In this document: piece after piece, positions 6,660 to 16,626 of the stretch
How the letters are laid out: each line of letters starts with the position of its first letter
How positions within the stretch are numbered: the stretch's first letter is position 1
Position numbers and translations under genes: made by a program
Source: Paucibacter soli
GTDB lineage: Bacteria > Pseudomonadota > Gammaproteobacteria > Burkholderiales > Burkholderiaceae_C
Length of the DNA stretch: 24,000 bases
NCBI RefSeq assembly: GCF_037482845.1
Contig: NZ_JBBHJW010000002.1
Span: 163,923-187,922, forward strand
Direction: 5' to 3'
The notes under the pieces: model-generated
What the model saw: only the letters and a program-made list of their open reading frames with translations
Told to the model about the DNA's origin: nothing
The model's database searches: none

Positions 6660-7352
6660 ATGCCGACAAACCCGGCGCTGGCAAACCCTATGTCGTCCAC
6701 CTCCTTGCAGCTGACCGCGCCGCTGGCCCTTCTGCTGGCACTTCTACTGGCGGCCTGCGCGCAGGCACCCGCCCCGGTAGTCGCGCCGCCGGAGCTGCCG
6801 GCCGCGGCGGCGCAAGGCCTTTGGACGGTGGATGCCGGCGCGTCCAGCCTGCGCATCCTGGTGCTGCGCGGCGGCCGCCTGGCGGCCCTGGGCCATAACC
6901 ATGTGCTGGGCCTGCCGGCGCTGCGGGGTGGTGTGCAAATGCCGGCCCGGCTGCTGGACCTGAGCTTTCGCCTCGACGCGCTGGAATTCGACCGGCCGGC
7001 CTGGCGCGCCGCGCTGGGGCCGGACTTCGCCTCGCAGCCGGACGCCGATGCGATCGCCGCGACGCGCCGCAATATGCTGATCGCGCTGGAGGCCGAGCGC
7101 TTTCCGTTGGTGCGCTTGCGGGCCCGTGACCCTAACGGAGATGGTCTGCGGCTTGAGCTGACGCTGCATGGTCAGACGCGCGTCCTCACCGTGCCGCTGC
7201 AGCTGGACCAGCAGGCGCACAGCCTGCGCGCCCGCAGCCGCTTCACGATCAGGCAAAGCGATTTCGGCATCCAGCCCTTCAGTGTGCTGGGCGGGCTGCT
7301 GGCGGTGCAGGACGAGCTGCGTATCGAGGCCGACCTCCTGCTGAGGCCTTAG
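6660..7352 (+). CDS. YceI-like family lipoprotein
   Basis: 230 aa. The lipoprotein signal is LALLLALLLAAC. An alternative ATG at 6690 is equally plausible. YceI-like hallmarks are present: W.VD...S.L.I.V...G....LGHNHV, then LELTLHGQTRVLTVPL, then FTIRQSDFGI. Confidence 0.7.
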   Translation: MPTNPALANPMSSTSLQLTAPLALLLALLLAACAQAPAPVVAPPELPAAAAQGLWTVDAGASSLRILVLRGGRLAALGHNHVLGLPALRGGVQMPARLLDLSFRLDALEFDRPAWRAALGPDFASQPDADAIAATRRNMLIALEAERFPLVRLRARDPNGDGLRLELTLHGQTRVLTVPLQLDQQAHSLRARSRFTIRQSDFGIQPFSVLGGLLAVQDELRIEADLLLRP

Positions 7353-7360
7353 ACCAGCCC

Positions 7361-8641
7361 CTAGACCAGGCCATCGAAGGGCAGCACATCCACCTCCTCG
7401 CCCGCCGCCACCTCGCCCTGGTGGTGGCTCAGCAGCACCAGGCCGTTGGCGCGGCTCATGCTGGAGAGGATGCCCGAGCCTTGGTCGCCGGTGATCTCGA
7501 CCTGCCAGCGCCCGTCGGGCGCGCGGCTGACGATGCCGCGCTGGTATTCGGTGCGGCCGGCGCGCTTGCGCAGCGCGCGCGTGCTGGCGGCGCGCAGCAG
7601 GGGCAGGGGGGCAGGTCTTGCCCCGCCCATCACCAGCAGGGCCTCGCGCACAAAGGCGTAGAAGGCCACCATCACCGCCACCGGATTGCCGGGCAGGCCG
7701 AACAGCAGGGGGGCGTCGGGGTTCTTGCCGAGCCGGCCGATCGCCATCGGGCGGCCCGGGCGGATCGCGAGGCGCCAGAACAGCACCTCGCCCTGCTCGC
7801 TCATGATGCGCTTGGTGTGGTCGGCCTCGCCCACGCCCACGCCGCCCGAGGTGATGACGGCATCGGCACAGGCGGCCGCCTGTGCGAAGGCGCTGCGCAG
7901 CGCTTGCGGATCGTCGGGCACCACGCCCAGGTCCAGCGCCTCAACGCCCAGGCGTTGCAGCATGGCCCAGAGGGTGTAGCGATTGCTGTCGTAGACGCAG
8001 CCGGGCGCCAGCGGCTCGCCCAGCGAGCGCAGCTCGTTGCCGGTGGAGAAGAAGGCCACGCGCAGGCGGCGGAACACCGGCAGCTCGGCCAGGCCCAGCG
8101 AGGCCAGCAGGCCCAGATCGGCGGGCTGCAGGATGCGGCCGGCGGGCAGGGCCACGCTGCCCAGGGCCAGGTCTTCGCCGGCGCGGCGGCGGTTGGCGCC
8201 GGGCTGCAGGCTGCCGGCCGCGATCACGATCTCATCGCCCACACGTTCGGTCAGTTCCTGCGGCACCACGGTGTCCAGCCCCGCGGGCATCAGCGCCCCG
8301 GTCATGATGCGCTGGCAGCAGCCGGGGGGCAGGTCTTGCGCCTGGCCGGCGCCGGCCAGGCTGGTGCCGGCCACGCGCAAGCGGGTGGGGTCGGTGGCGT
8401 TCAGCTCGCTGCCGCGCAGGGCGTAGCCGTCCATTGCCGAGTTGTCATGCGCGGGCACGGCGATGGGCGAGATCTGGTCGGCCGCCAGCACACGGCCCAG
8501 CGCGCTGCGCAGCGCTAGTTTCTCCACCGCCTGCACGCGCGGCAGCAGGCGGGCGATGAAGGCCTGGGCCACGCCCACCTCCAGGTCGTCGGCTTGGTAG
8601 CCGGGCAGGTCGCTGGCGATGTCTTGGAGGCTGGGTGTCAT
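7361..8641 (-). CDS. moeA: molybdopterin molybdenumtransferase MoeA
   Basis: 426 aa. The N-terminal region (VPAHDNSAMDGYALRG) and the central MoCF-biosynthesis domain (VITSGGVGVGEADHT, GLPGNPVA) match the MoeA/gephyrin-E pattern. Its start overlaps the upstream GNAT stop as ATGA. Confidence 0.9.
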   Translation of the reverse strand: MTPSLQDIASDLPGYQADDLEVGVAQAFIARLLPRVQAVEKLALRSALGRVLAADQISPIAVPAHDNSAMDGYALRGSELNATDPTRLRVAGTSLAGAGQAQDLPPGCCQRIMTGALMPAGLDTVVPQELTERVGDEIVIAAGSLQPGANRRRAGEDLALGSVALPAGRILQPADLGLLASLGLAELPVFRRLRVAFFSTGNELRSLGEPLAPGCVYDSNRYTLWAMLQRLGVEALDLGVVPDDPQALRSAFAQAAACADAVITSGGVGVGEADHTKRIMSEQGEVLFWRLAIRPGRPMAIGRLGKNPDAPLLFGLPGNPVAVMVAFYAFVREALLVMGGARPAPLPLLRAASTRALRKRAGRTEYQRGIVSRAPDGRWQVEITGDQGSGILSSMSRANGLVLLSHHQGEVAAGEEVDVLPFDGLV

Positions 8642-9192
8642 AAGGTAGGTAGCGGGCAGACCATCAAGGCCTTGTCGATGTAGCGGCCGTCGGGCAGGCG
8701 GATCGCGCGCGGCAACAGGCCATAGCGTGTGAAACCCGCGCCTTCGTAGAGGCGCAGCGCCGCCAGATTGCCGGCGCTGACGCTCAGCGTCACCTGCTCC
8801 AGCTCGGGCTCGCTGCGCAGCAGGGCGAGGGCCTGGTTCAGCAGGCGCCGGCCTAGGCCCTGGCCCTGCATCTCGTCGGCCACCATCATGCCCACCAGAT
8901 GCGCCACATGGCGCACCTTCAGGCGCGGCTCGCGCTCGCAGGTGAGTGCGCCCACCATGCGGCCGCCCTGCCAGGCCACCAGGGTGAAGAGGGCCTTGCC
9001 GCCCACGCTGGCGTGCAGGCGTGCCTGGTAGCTGGCGGCGGGGCGGGTGGCCTCAGTGGCGGCGTCGGAGGTGAAGGCGTCCTCGTGGCGCATCAGCATG
9101 GCATCGCGCAAGGCCTTGTAGGCCGCCAGATCGGCGGGCTGCATGAGGCGCAGCTGCGCCTGTTCAGCTTGCGGCAAGGCGCTGGAGTTCAT
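8638..9192 (-). CDS. GNAT family N-acetyltransferase
   Basis: 184 aa from the ATG at 9192 (cat at 9190-9192); the ATG at 9144 is an alternative. The acetyl-CoA binding motif Q/R-x-x-G-x-G/A is present (MQGQGLGRRLL), with an NLAALRLYEGAGF helix. The longer ORF-track start would run deep into mobA. Confidence 0.8.
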   Translation of the reverse strand: MNSSALPQAEQAQLRLMQPADLAAYKALRDAMLMRHEDAFTSDAATEATRPAASYQARLHASVGGKALFTLVAWQGGRMVGALTCEREPRLKVRHVAHLVGMMVADEMQGQGLGRRLLNQALALLRSEPELEQVTLSVSAGNLAALRLYEGAGFTRYGLLPRAIRLPDGRYIDKALMVCPLPTL

Positions 9193-9751
9193 CGAGGCTG
9201 TTGGCATTGAAAAAGGCGGCGGCATCGCCGTCGCGTTCGAAGGGAACCAGCACATGCGGCCGGGCTCGCAGGCAGGCCTCGACGCGATGGCCGCCGCCCG
9301 CCAGATAGGCATTCAGCGCCGGGGCCAGGTCTTGCCTGAGCAGGCAGAACACCGGCTGCACGCGCTCGGTGACGGGCAGGGCGACGGCCGCGCCTGTGCG
9401 CTCGGCGGCCTCGTGCAGCCGCGCGGCCAGGTCCAGCGGCAGGCGTGGCGCGTCGCAGGGCACGGCCAGCAACCAGGGCGTGCGGCAGGCCTGCAGGCCC
9501 GCCAGCAGCCCGGCCAGCGGGCCGGCGAAATCTTCCGATGCATCGGCCAGCACCGCATGGCCATAGGCGGCATAACGCGCCAGATTGCGGTTGGCATTGA
9601 TCAGCAGCGTGCCCACTTGGGGGCCCAGGCGCTCCAGCACATGCTCGACCAGCGGCCGCCCTTGCAGGGGCTGCAGGCCCTTGTCGACCCCGCCCATGCG
9701 GCTGCCGCGGCCGCCGCAGAGCACAAGCCCGGTGATGTCGGCGGCCTGCAT
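9164..9751 (-). CDS. mobA: molybdenum cofactor guanylyltransferase MobA
   Basis: 195 aa. The N-terminal signature is LVLCGGRGSRMGGVDKGL, followed by AGPLAGLLAGL and PCDAP motifs. It starts 3 nt after the moaA stop. Confidence 0.9.
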   Translation of the reverse strand: MQAADITGLVLCGGRGSRMGGVDKGLQPLQGRPLVEHVLERLGPQVGTLLINANRNLARYAAYGHAVLADASEDFAGPLAGLLAGLQACRTPWLLAVPCDAPRLPLDLAARLHEAAERTGAAVALPVTERVQPVFCLLRQDLAPALNAYLAGGGHRVEACLRARPHVLVPFERDGDAAAFFNANSLDELQRLAAS

Positions 9752-9753
9752 GC

Positions 9754-10869
9754 TCAGCCTCCGATGTAGTGCATCTCGACGCGGCGTTCGCCGGAAGCAT
9801 CACCCGCGTTGGCCCCGCGCAGCTGCGAGTAGCGGTCGCTGCGACCAGCCCAGACGCCGGCCAGCGCGCCGGCGATCTCGGCGTCGTTGCGGCCTTGCTC
9901 GCGTAACAGCGCGCGCAGGTCGTGGCCGCGGTGCGCGAACAGGCAGGTGTAGAGCTTGCCCTCGGTGGACAGGCGCGCGCGGTTGCAGTCGCCGCAAAAC
10001 GCCTGGGTGACGCTGGAGATCAGGCCGATCTCGCCGCCGCCGTCGGCATAGGCCCAGCGCTCGGCGGTCTCTCCCGGTGCGCTGGCCGAGAGCGGCTGCA
10101 GCGCGAACTCGGCCTGCAGGCGCGCCAGCAGCTCCGCCGAGGGCAGTACCTCGTCCATGCGCCAGCCGTTGCTGGCACCCACATCCATATATTCGATGAA
10201 GCGCAGCACCACGCCGCTGCCGCGGAAGTGCCGCGCCATGGCGAGGATCTGCTCGTCGTTGCTGCCGCGCTTGACCACCATATTGACCTTGATGGGCGTA
10301 AGGCCCACGGCCTGCGCCGCCTCGATGCCGCGCAGCACCTCGGCGACCGGGAAGCCCACGTCGTTCATGCGCTGGAACACCGCGTCGTCCAGCGCGTCCA
10401 GGCTCACGGTGATGCGTTGCAGCCCGGCATCCTTCAGGGCGCGCGCCTTTTTGGCCAGCAGCGAGCCGTTGGTGGTCAGCGTCAGGTCCAGCGGTGCGCC
10501 CTCGGGGGTGCGCAGCGCGGCCAGCATCTCGATCAGGCGTTCGAGGTGGCGGCGCAACAAGGGCTCGCCGCCGGTGAGGCGCAGCTTCTGCACCCCCTGG
10601 GCCACGAAGACGCGCGCCAACCGGGTGATCTCCTCGAAGCTCAACAGATCGGCATGCGGCAGGAACTCGTGGTAGTGATCGAACACCTCCTTGGGCATGC
10701 AATAGCTGCAGCGGAAATTGCAGCGGTCGGTGACCGAGATGCGCAGATCGCGCAGCGGCCGGCCCAGGGCATCGGTCAGCAGGCCGGTGGCGGCGGGCAG
10801 CTCGCGCGGCACGGCCGGCACCAGCGCTACCAGGCGCTGGTCGATCAGGGGAATCACGCCGTCTGTCAT
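9754..10869 (-). CDS. moaA: GTP 3',8-cyclase MoaA (radical SAM)
   Basis: 371 aa from the ATG at 10869 (cat at 10867-10869). Radical-SAM cluster motif: [10 protein letters not shown]-terminal second Cys cluster ([18 protein letters not shown]) is present, with the characteristic terminal Gly-Gly (HYIGG). The ORF-track N-terminal extension is not conserved-looking. Confidence 0.95.
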   Translation of the reverse strand: MTDGVIPLIDQRLVALVPAVPRELPAATGLLTDALGRPLRDLRISVTDRCNFRCSYCMPKEVFDHYHEFLPHADLLSFEEITRLARVFVAQGVQKLRLTGGEPLLRRHLERLIEMLAALRTPEGAPLDLTLTTNGSLLAKKARALKDAGLQRITVSLDALDDAVFQRMNDVGFPVAEVLRGIEAAQAVGLTPIKVNMVVKRGSNDEQILAMARHFRGSGVVLRFIEYMDVGASNGWRMDEVLPSAELLARLQAEFALQPLSASAPGETAERWAYADGGGEIGLISSVTQAFCGDCNRARLSTEGKLYTCLFAHRGHDLRALLREQGRNDAEIAGALAGVWAGRSDRYSQLRGANAGDASGERRVEMHYIGG

Positions 10870-10983
10870 GCGCCGGATTGTGCCCTTTGCGCCCGTCCCT
10901 GGCGGGCCTGGGGTCGGGCAGTTTTGCCTTAGATCAAGTTGGAGGGGCTTGCGGCCGGGCCTTTCAACGGGTGGAATGCGGGC

Positions 10984-11931
10984 ATGACGCTGATTACCTC
11001 GGTCCTGCACCCGGACCTTCCCAGCTTCGTCGCCTTCGGCGAAGCACTCACCGACCTGATGCGGATGGGCCCCGACAGCTGGCGCTCCGCCTGCGGGGGC
11101 GCCTCCTGGAATGTGGCCGCGGCGATGTCACGCCTGGGCGAGCTGAGCGCCTTTGCCGGCGGCATCAGCAACGATGTGTTCGGCCAGGAACTCTGGCGGG
11201 CCAGCGCCGATGCCAACCTGGACCCGCGCTTCATCCAGCAGTTCGCCAAGTCGCCGCTGCTGGCGGTGGTGCACGAGACGCAGCCGCCGCAATACTTCTT
11301 CATCGGCGACGACAGCGCCGACCTGTACTTCCAGCCCGACGGCCTGCCCTCGGGCTGGCGCAGAGCCTTGCGCTGGGCGCATTTCGGCGGCATCAGCCTG
11401 GTGCGCGAGCCGCTCGCGCGGCGCCTGCTGGAGCTGGCCGAAAAGCTTAAGAGCCAGGGCAAGCGCATCAGCTTCGACCCGAACTACCGAAGCCTGATGG
11501 ACTCCAGCTATGACGAGACGCTGGAGCGCATGTGCCGCATTGCCGACGTCATCAAGGTCTCGGACGAGGACCTGCGCGGCCTGTTCCGCACCGGCGACTA
11601 CCACACCGGCCTGGCCCAGATCAGCGCCTGGAACCCGCATGCCACGGTGATGCTGACGCGCGGCGCCGAGGGCGCGAGCCTGTTCCATGTGCGCGGCGAT
11701 TTCCACGCCCTGCCGCCCGCGGTGGAACTGGTGGATACGGTGGGCGCGGGCGATGCCGCCATGGCCGGCCTGCTCCACAGCCTGATGCGCCATGCCGAGG
11801 CCGCGCCCGAGCAGCATCTGCGCTGGGCGGTGGCGGCCGGCGCCGCGGCCTGCACCGCGGCGGGTGCCGTGCCGCCCAGCCTGGCTCAAGTGCAAGAGCT
11901 GGCCCCGCAGGTCAAGGTCTGGGCGGACTGA
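10984..11931 (+). CDS. PfkB family carbohydrate kinase (fructokinase/ribokinase-like)
   Basis: 315 aa from the ATG at 10984. The N-terminal pattern is FGEAL.D......GGA..NVA. PfkB signature 2 is present ([15 protein letters not shown]). Confidence 0.8.
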   Translation: MTLITSVLHPDLPSFVAFGEALTDLMRMGPDSWRSACGGASWNVAAAMSRLGELSAFAGGISNDVFGQELWRASADANLDPRFIQQFAKSPLLAVVHETQPPQYFFIGDDSADLYFQPDGLPSGWRRALRWAHFGGISLVREPLARRLLELAEKLKSQGKRISFDPNYRSLMDSSYDETLERMCRIADVIKVSDEDLRGLFRTGDYHTGLAQISAWNPHATVMLTRGAEGASLFHVRGDFHALPPAVELVDTVGAGDAAMAGLLHSLMRHAEAAPEQHLRWAVAAGAAACTAAGAVPPSLAQVQELAPQVKVWAD

Positions 11932-11935
11932 GCGC

Positions 11936-12541
11936 TTAGTCGCCGCGCTTGCTGGCCACCAGCGTCTGCGGCCCACGTACCTGCAGGCGGGCGCGGCCGG
12001 GCTCGGGCGCGGCCAGCGGTACCACCTCATGCAGCGTGGCCCGGCAGCGCAGGGTCAGGTCTTGATAGGTCTGCGTGCCTTCCAGCTTCCAGCGCATCTC
12101 GTCTTCGCTCAAGGGACGCATCACCTTGGCCGGCAGGCCGGCGATGAGCGACTTCTCGGGCAGCTTGAGCCCGGCGCGCACAAAGGCGCAGGCGGCGACG
12201 ATGCTGTAGGCGCCCACCTCGGCCTCGTCCATCACCACCGCATTCATGCCCACCAGGGCGTCGTGGCGCACCACGCAGCCATGCAGCACAGCACCATGGC
12301 CGATATGGCCGTTGCGCTCGACGAGGGTCTCCGAGTCGGGAAAGCCGTGGATCACGCATGTGTCCTGCACGTTCGCGCCCTCGTGCAGCACGATGCGGCC
12401 AAAGTCAGCGCGCAGCGAGGCCAGCGGGCCGATATAGCAGCCCGGCCCCACATGCACATCGCCGATCAGCACGGCGGTGGGGTGGACGTAAGCGTCGGGA
12501 TGGACGACGGGGATCACCCCGTCGATCGAGTAGCAGGGCAT
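11936..12541 (-). CDS. paaY: phenylacetic acid degradation protein PaaY (hexapeptide-repeat / gamma-carbonic-anhydrase-like)
   Basis: 201 aa from the ATG at 12541 ([29 protein letters not shown]...). It has left-handed beta-helix hexapeptide repeats and a PaaY-type C-terminal extension. It is divergent from the paa operon. Confidence 0.8.
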   Translation of the reverse strand: MPCYSIDGVIPVVHPDAYVHPTAVLIGDVHVGPGCYIGPLASLRADFGRIVLHEGANVQDTCVIHGFPDSETLVERNGHIGHGAVLHGCVVRHDALVGMNAVVMDEAEVGAYSIVAACAFVRAGLKLPEKSLIAGLPAKVMRPLSEDEMRWKLEGTQTYQDLTLRCRATLHEVVPLAAPEPGRARLQVRGPQTLVASKRGD

Positions 12542-12623
12542 GGGCAGGATCTCCTGATTTGCGTCAAGGGTTTTCCCCGACGTGAATAGACCTTGTGTTG
12601 AATCAAGCTGGACCTTACGATCT

Positions 12624-12637
12624 ACCGACCGGTCGGT
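12624..12637. promoter_or_regulatory. perfect 14-bp palindrome, candidate PaaR (TetR) operator in the paaY/paaG divergent promoter region
   Basis: ACCGACCGGTCGGT is its own reverse complement. It is the only such element in the 156-nt paaY-paaG intergenic region. It lies just downstream of a possible -10 TACGAT (12617-12622), with TTGTGT at -35 (12593-12598, 18-bp spacer). Confidence 0.45.
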
Positions 12638-12697
12638 CAAGAGTGTTTGAGGCTGGTCAAAGCATCTTCTTGTTCTCCGTGTTCGAGGTTTGTGCCC

Positions 12698-13513
12698 ATG
12701 ACGCTAGAAAACGCCGAATCGCCCTTGCTGATCACCCAGGATGACGCGGTGCGCACCCTGACGCTGAACCGGCCGGCCGCCCTGAACGCCTTCACGACGC
12801 AGCTGCTCTCGATGCTGCGCACCGCGCTGGAAGAGGCGGCGCACGACGACAGCGTGCGCGCGGTGGTGATCACCGGCGCCGGCCGGGCGTTTAGCGCCGG
12901 CCAGGATCTCGCCGACGCGATGGTCAAGCCGGAGTTCGAGCCCGGCAGCAAGCCCAAGGACATCGGCACCCTGCTGGATCATTACTACATCCCGCTGGCG
13001 CTGCGCCTGCGGTCCATGCCGGTACCGGTGGTGTGCGCGGTGAACGGCGTGGCGGCCGGCGCGGGCGCCAATTTCGCACTGGGCTGCGACCTCGTGATCG
13101 CGGCGCAGTCGGCCAACTTCATCCAGGCCTTTGCCAAGATCGGCCTGATCCCGGATTGCGGCGGCACCTGGCTGCTGCCGCGCCTGGTGGGCCGAGCGCG
13201 CGCGCTGCAGCTGGCCCTGATGGGCGAAAAACTCAGCGCCACCGAGGCGGTGCAGATGGGCCTGATCGCGCGCTGCGTGCCCGACGCCGAGCTGGCCGCC
13301 AGCGCGCAGGCCGTGGCGCTGAAGCTGGCCGCCATGCCCACGCGCGCCCTGGTGGAGACCCGCCGCGCCTTCGACGAGGCGATGAGCCTGGACTACGAGG
13401 ACGCCATGAAGCTTGAAGCGGTGATGCAGAGCCATCTGGGCTTTGCCGCCGACTACCAGGAGGGCGTGCAGGCCTTCATGGAAAAGCGCGCGCCGCAATT
13501 TACGGACCGCTGA
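12698..13513 (+). CDS. paaG: crotonase-fold 1,2-epoxyphenylacetyl-CoA isomerase PaaG
   Basis: 271 aa from the ATG at 12698. Enoyl-CoA hydratase/isomerase motifs are present ([33 protein letters not shown]). It is the first gene of the paa operon, next to paaI and paaK. PaaF cannot be excluded without an alignment. Confidence 0.75.
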   Translation: MTLENAESPLLITQDDAVRTLTLNRPAALNAFTTQLLSMLRTALEEAAHDDSVRAVVITGAGRAFSAGQDLADAMVKPEFEPGSKPKDIGTLLDHYYIPLALRLRSMPVPVVCAVNGVAAGAGANFALGCDLVIAAQSANFIQAFAKIGLIPDCGGTWLLPRLVGRARALQLALMGEKLSATEAVQMGLIARCVPDAELAASAQAVALKLAAMPTRALVETRRAFDEAMSLDYEDAMKLEAVMQSHLGFAADYQEGVQAFMEKRAPQFTDR

Positions 13514-13518
13514 AGCCG

Positions 13519-13968
13519 ATGACGCCACAACAAATCGCCGAGGCCGTGTGCGAGGGCATGTTCGCCAACGACCGCGCCTCCAAGGGCCTGGGCATGCGCA
13601 TCGATGCCATCGCCCCGGGTGCCGCCACCGTCAGCATGAAGGTGCGCGAAGACATGCTCAATGGCTTCGACATCTGCCATGGCGGCTTCATCACCACGCT
13701 GGCCGACTCGGCCTTCGCCTTCGCCTGCAACTCGTACAACGAGTTGACAGTGGCCTCGGGTTTCGCGATCGACATCGTCGCGCCGGCCCGCTTGAACGAC
13801 ACGCTGAGCGCGGTGGCCTGCGAAATATCGCTGGCCGGCCGCACCGGCGTCTATGACATCACCATTCGCAACCAGCAGCAGCAGCTGGTGGCCGTGTTCC
13901 GCGGCAAGTCCTACCGCATCAAGGGGAAACCTGTGGTGCCAGGTCTTGCCACGGGCGCTCAGGAGTAA
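13519..13968 (+). CDS. paaI: hotdog-fold hydroxyphenylacetyl-CoA thioesterase PaaI
   Basis: 149 aa. The PaaI-type pattern is present: NGFDICHGGFITTLADSAFAFA, then G.TGVYD. It sits in paa context. Confidence 0.85.
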   Translation: MTPQQIAEAVCEGMFANDRASKGLGMRIDAIAPGAATVSMKVREDMLNGFDICHGGFITTLADSAFAFACNSYNELTVASGFAIDIVAPARLNDTLSAVACEISLAGRTGVYDITIRNQQQQLVAVFRGKSYRIKGKPVVPGLATGAQE

Positions 13969-13975
13969 GCACCCC

Positions 13976-15280
13976 ATGTCCGTCAAGTCCCCCGCCGATC
14001 TGGAAGCCATCGAAACCGCCAGCCGCGACGAGTTGCAGGCCCTGCAGCTGCAGCGCCTGCAATGGTCGCTCGCCCATGCCTACGAGAACGTGCCGCATTA
14101 CAAGGCCGCCTTCGATGCCAAGGGCGTGCACCCCAGCGATCTGAAGACCCTGGCCGATCTGGCGAAGTTCCCCTTCACCACCAAGAAGGACCTGCGCGAC
14201 AACTACCCCTTCGGCATGTTCGCCGTGCCGCGCGAGCGCGTGGCGCGCATCCATGCCTCCTCGGGCACCACCGGCAAGCCGACGGTGGTGGGCTACACGC
14301 TGCAGGACATCGACACCTGGGCCGGCCTGGTGGCGCGTTCGCTGCGCGCCGCCGGCGTGCGCCCCGGCCACATCGTGCACATCGCCTATGGCTACGGTCT
14401 CTTCACCGGCGGCCTGGGCGCGCATTACGGCGCCGAGAAGCTGGGCTGCACGGTGATCCCGATGTCGGGCGGCCAGACCGAAAAGCAGGTGCAGCTGATC
14501 CAGGACTTCCGGCCCGACGCCATCATGGTCACGCCCAGCTATATGCAGGTGATCATCGAGGAGTTCGCGCGTCAGGGCCTGGATGCGCGCGCGAGTTCGC
14601 TCAAGGTGGGCATCTTCGGCGCCGAGCCCTGGACCGAGGCGATGCGCCGCGAAATCGAGGGCAAGGCCGGCATCGATGCGGTGGACATCTACGGCCTCTC
14701 GGAGGTGATGGGGCCAGGTGTTGCCAGCGAATGCGTGGAGTCCAAGGACGGCCCGGTGATCTGGGAAGACCACTTCTATCCCGAGATCATCCATCCCGAG
14801 ACCGGCGAGGTGGTGGCCGATGGCGAGGAGGGCGAACTGGTGTTCACCTCGCTCTCCAAAGAGGCGCTGCCCATCATCCGCTACCGCACCCGCGACCTCA
14901 CGCGCCTCTTGCCACCGACCTCGCGCAGCATGCGCCGCATGGGCAAGATCGTCGGCCGCAGCGACGACATGCTGATCATCCGCGGCGTCAATATGTTCCC
15001 CACCCAGGTGGAGGAGTTGGTGCTGCAGGAGCGTGAGCTCTCGGGCCAGTACCAGATCGTCGTCACCCGCGAAGGGCCGCTGGACGCGGTGGAGGTGCGC
15101 TGCGAGTTGCAGCCGCAGGCCGTCAACAGCGCCAATCCGGCCGCCATCAGCAAATCGCTGCAGCACCGCATCAAGACCCTGATCGGCGTCTCCACCAAGG
15201 TGGTGATCGGGCCGCCGGAATCGATTGAACGCACCCTGGTGGGCAAGGCCCGCCGGGTCATCGACCAAAGACCCAAGTAA
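13976..15280 (+). CDS. paaK: phenylacetate-CoA ligase PaaK
   Basis: 434 aa from the ATG at 13976, preceded by AGGAG. The N-terminus is typical of PaaK (…[25 protein letters not shown]). The AMP-binding motif is [11 protein letters not shown]. The C-terminal [15 protein letters not shown] is typical of PaaK. Confidence 0.95.
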   Translation: MSVKSPADLEAIETASRDELQALQLQRLQWSLAHAYENVPHYKAAFDAKGVHPSDLKTLADLAKFPFTTKKDLRDNYPFGMFAVPRERVARIHASSGTTGKPTVVGYTLQDIDTWAGLVARSLRAAGVRPGHIVHIAYGYGLFTGGLGAHYGAEKLGCTVIPMSGGQTEKQVQLIQDFRPDAIMVTPSYMQVIIEEFARQGLDARASSLKVGIFGAEPWTEAMRREIEGKAGIDAVDIYGLSEVMGPGVASECVESKDGPVIWEDHFYPEIIHPETGEVVADGEEGELVFTSLSKEALPIIRYRTRDLTRLLPPTSRSMRRMGKIVGRSDDMLIIRGVNMFPTQVEELVLQERELSGQYQIVVTREGPLDAVEVRCELQPQAVNSANPAAISKSLQHRIKTLIGVSTKVVIGPPESIERTLVGKARRVIDQRPK

Positions 15281-15291
15281 GGAGTACACGT

Positions 15292-16293
15292 ATGTACACC
15301 CAAGCCATGAGCGTCGGCCCGCAGGATGCCGCCGCGAAAGTCCAGAGCGCCGAGGACAAGCAGCGCAGCGAGGCCTTCGAGGCGCGCATCGATGCGGGCG
15401 ACTTCATCGAGGCCAAGGACTGGATGCCCGAGCATTACCGCAAGACCCTGGTGCGCCAGATCAGCCAGCATGCGCATTCCGAGATCGTCGGCATGCTGCC
15501 CGAGGGCAACTGGATCACGCGTGCGCCCACGCTCAAGCGCAAGGCGATTCTTCTCGCCAAGGTGCAGGACGAGGGCGGCCATGGCCTCTATCTCTACTCG
15601 GCCGCCGAGACCCTGGGTACCTCGCGCGACCAGATGCTCGAAGCGCTGCACACAGGCAAGGCCAAGTACAGCTCGATCTTCAACTACCCGACGCTCTCCT
15701 GGGCCGATATCGGCGTGATCGGCTGGCTGGTGGATGGCGCGGCCATCATGAACCAGGTGCCGCTGTGCCGCTGCTCCTACGCGCCCTATGCACGGGCGAT
15801 GATTCGCATCTGCCGCGAGGAGAGCTTCCACCAGCGCCAGGGCTACGAGAGCCTCCTGGTGATGATGCGCGAGGGCACGGCCGAGCAAAAGGCCATGGTG
15901 CAGGACGCGGTGAACCGCTGGTGGTGGCCCTCGCTGATGATGTTCGGCCCCGAGGACAAGGACTCGCCGAACTCCGAGCAGTCGATGCGCTGGGGCATCA
16001 AGCGCATCTCCAACGACGATCTGCGTCAGAAGTTCGTCGACGCGACGATCCCGCAGGCCGAGGTGCTGGGCGTGACCGTGCCGGACCCCGATCTGTTGTG
16101 GAACGCCGAGACCGAGCATTACCGGTTCGGCCGCATCGACTGGGCCGAGTTCTGGCGCGTGGTGGGTGGCGACGGCCCCTGCAACCGCGAACGCCTGGCC
16201 GCCCGCGTGAAGGCCTGGGACGAGGGCGCATGGGTGCGCGAAGCCGCGCTGGCCCATGCCAAGAAACAAGCCACCAAGGCGCAAGCCGCCTGA
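15292..16293 (+). CDS. paaA: 1,2-phenylacetyl-CoA epoxidase catalytic subunit PaaA
   Basis: 333 aa. Di-iron carboxylate ligand motifs are present (QDEGGHG and CREESFHQ). The Shine-Dalgarno sequence (SD) AAGGAG lies upstream. Operon order is paaABCDE. Confidence 0.95.
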   Translation: MYTQAMSVGPQDAAAKVQSAEDKQRSEAFEARIDAGDFIEAKDWMPEHYRKTLVRQISQHAHSEIVGMLPEGNWITRAPTLKRKAILLAKVQDEGGHGLYLYSAAETLGTSRDQMLEALHTGKAKYSSIFNYPTLSWADIGVIGWLVDGAAIMNQVPLCRCSYAPYARAMIRICREESFHQRQGYESLLVMMREGTAEQKAMVQDAVNRWWWPSLMMFGPEDKDSPNSEQSMRWGIKRISNDDLRQKFVDATIPQAEVLGVTVPDPDLLWNAETEHYRFGRIDWAEFWRVVGGDGPCNRERLAARVKAWDEGAWVREAALAHAKKQATKAQAA

Positions 16294-16311
16294 GCACAAG
16301 GATTCATCATC

Positions 16312-16617
16312 ATGAGCAATCAGCAGCAAGCCCCGAAGAACGAATGGCCCCTGTGGGAAGTCTTTGTGCGCAGCAAGGCCGGCCTGGACCACAAGCATTG
16401 CGGCAGCCTGCATGCCGCCGACCCCAAGATGGCCGTGCAACTGGCGCGTGAGGTCTACACCCGCCGCCAGGAAGGCGTGAGCATCTGGGTGGTGCTGTCC
16501 AGCCAGATCGTGGCCTCGGACCCGGGCGAGAAGGGCATGTATTTCGACCCGATGGAAGACAAGGTGTACCGCCACCCGACCTTCTACGAGCTGCCCGAGT
16601 CCGTGAACCACATGTAA
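16312..16617 (+). CDS. paaB: 1,2-phenylacetyl-CoA epoxidase subunit PaaB
   Basis: 101 aa. The conserved PaaB core is present (WPLWEVFVRSK.GL.H.H.GSLHA.D...A...AR.VY.RR). Confidence 0.95.
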   Translation: MSNQQQAPKNEWPLWEVFVRSKAGLDHKHCGSLHAADPKMAVQLAREVYTRRQEGVSIWVVLSSQIVASDPGEKGMYFDPMEDKVYRHPTFYELPESVNHM

Positions 16618-16626
16618 GGCAGGGCG

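Noticed and set aside
7350-7369. 8-bp direct repeat TAGACCAG...TAGACCAG at the convergent YceI/moeA gene ends
   Set aside because: It is too short to be meaningful. It simply contains the two stop codons (TAG on each strand). Nothing suggests a mobile-element scar or an att site.
10870-11010. ORF-track 5' extensions of moaA (to 11010), pfkB (from 10939), paaY (to 12640), paaG (from 12647), paaK (from 13853), the binding protein (from 19623) and GNAT (to 9312)
   Set aside because: The extended N-termini are non-conserved-looking. They overlap neighbouring genes or intergenic control regions. Internal ATGs give canonical family N-termini, often with an SD sequence.
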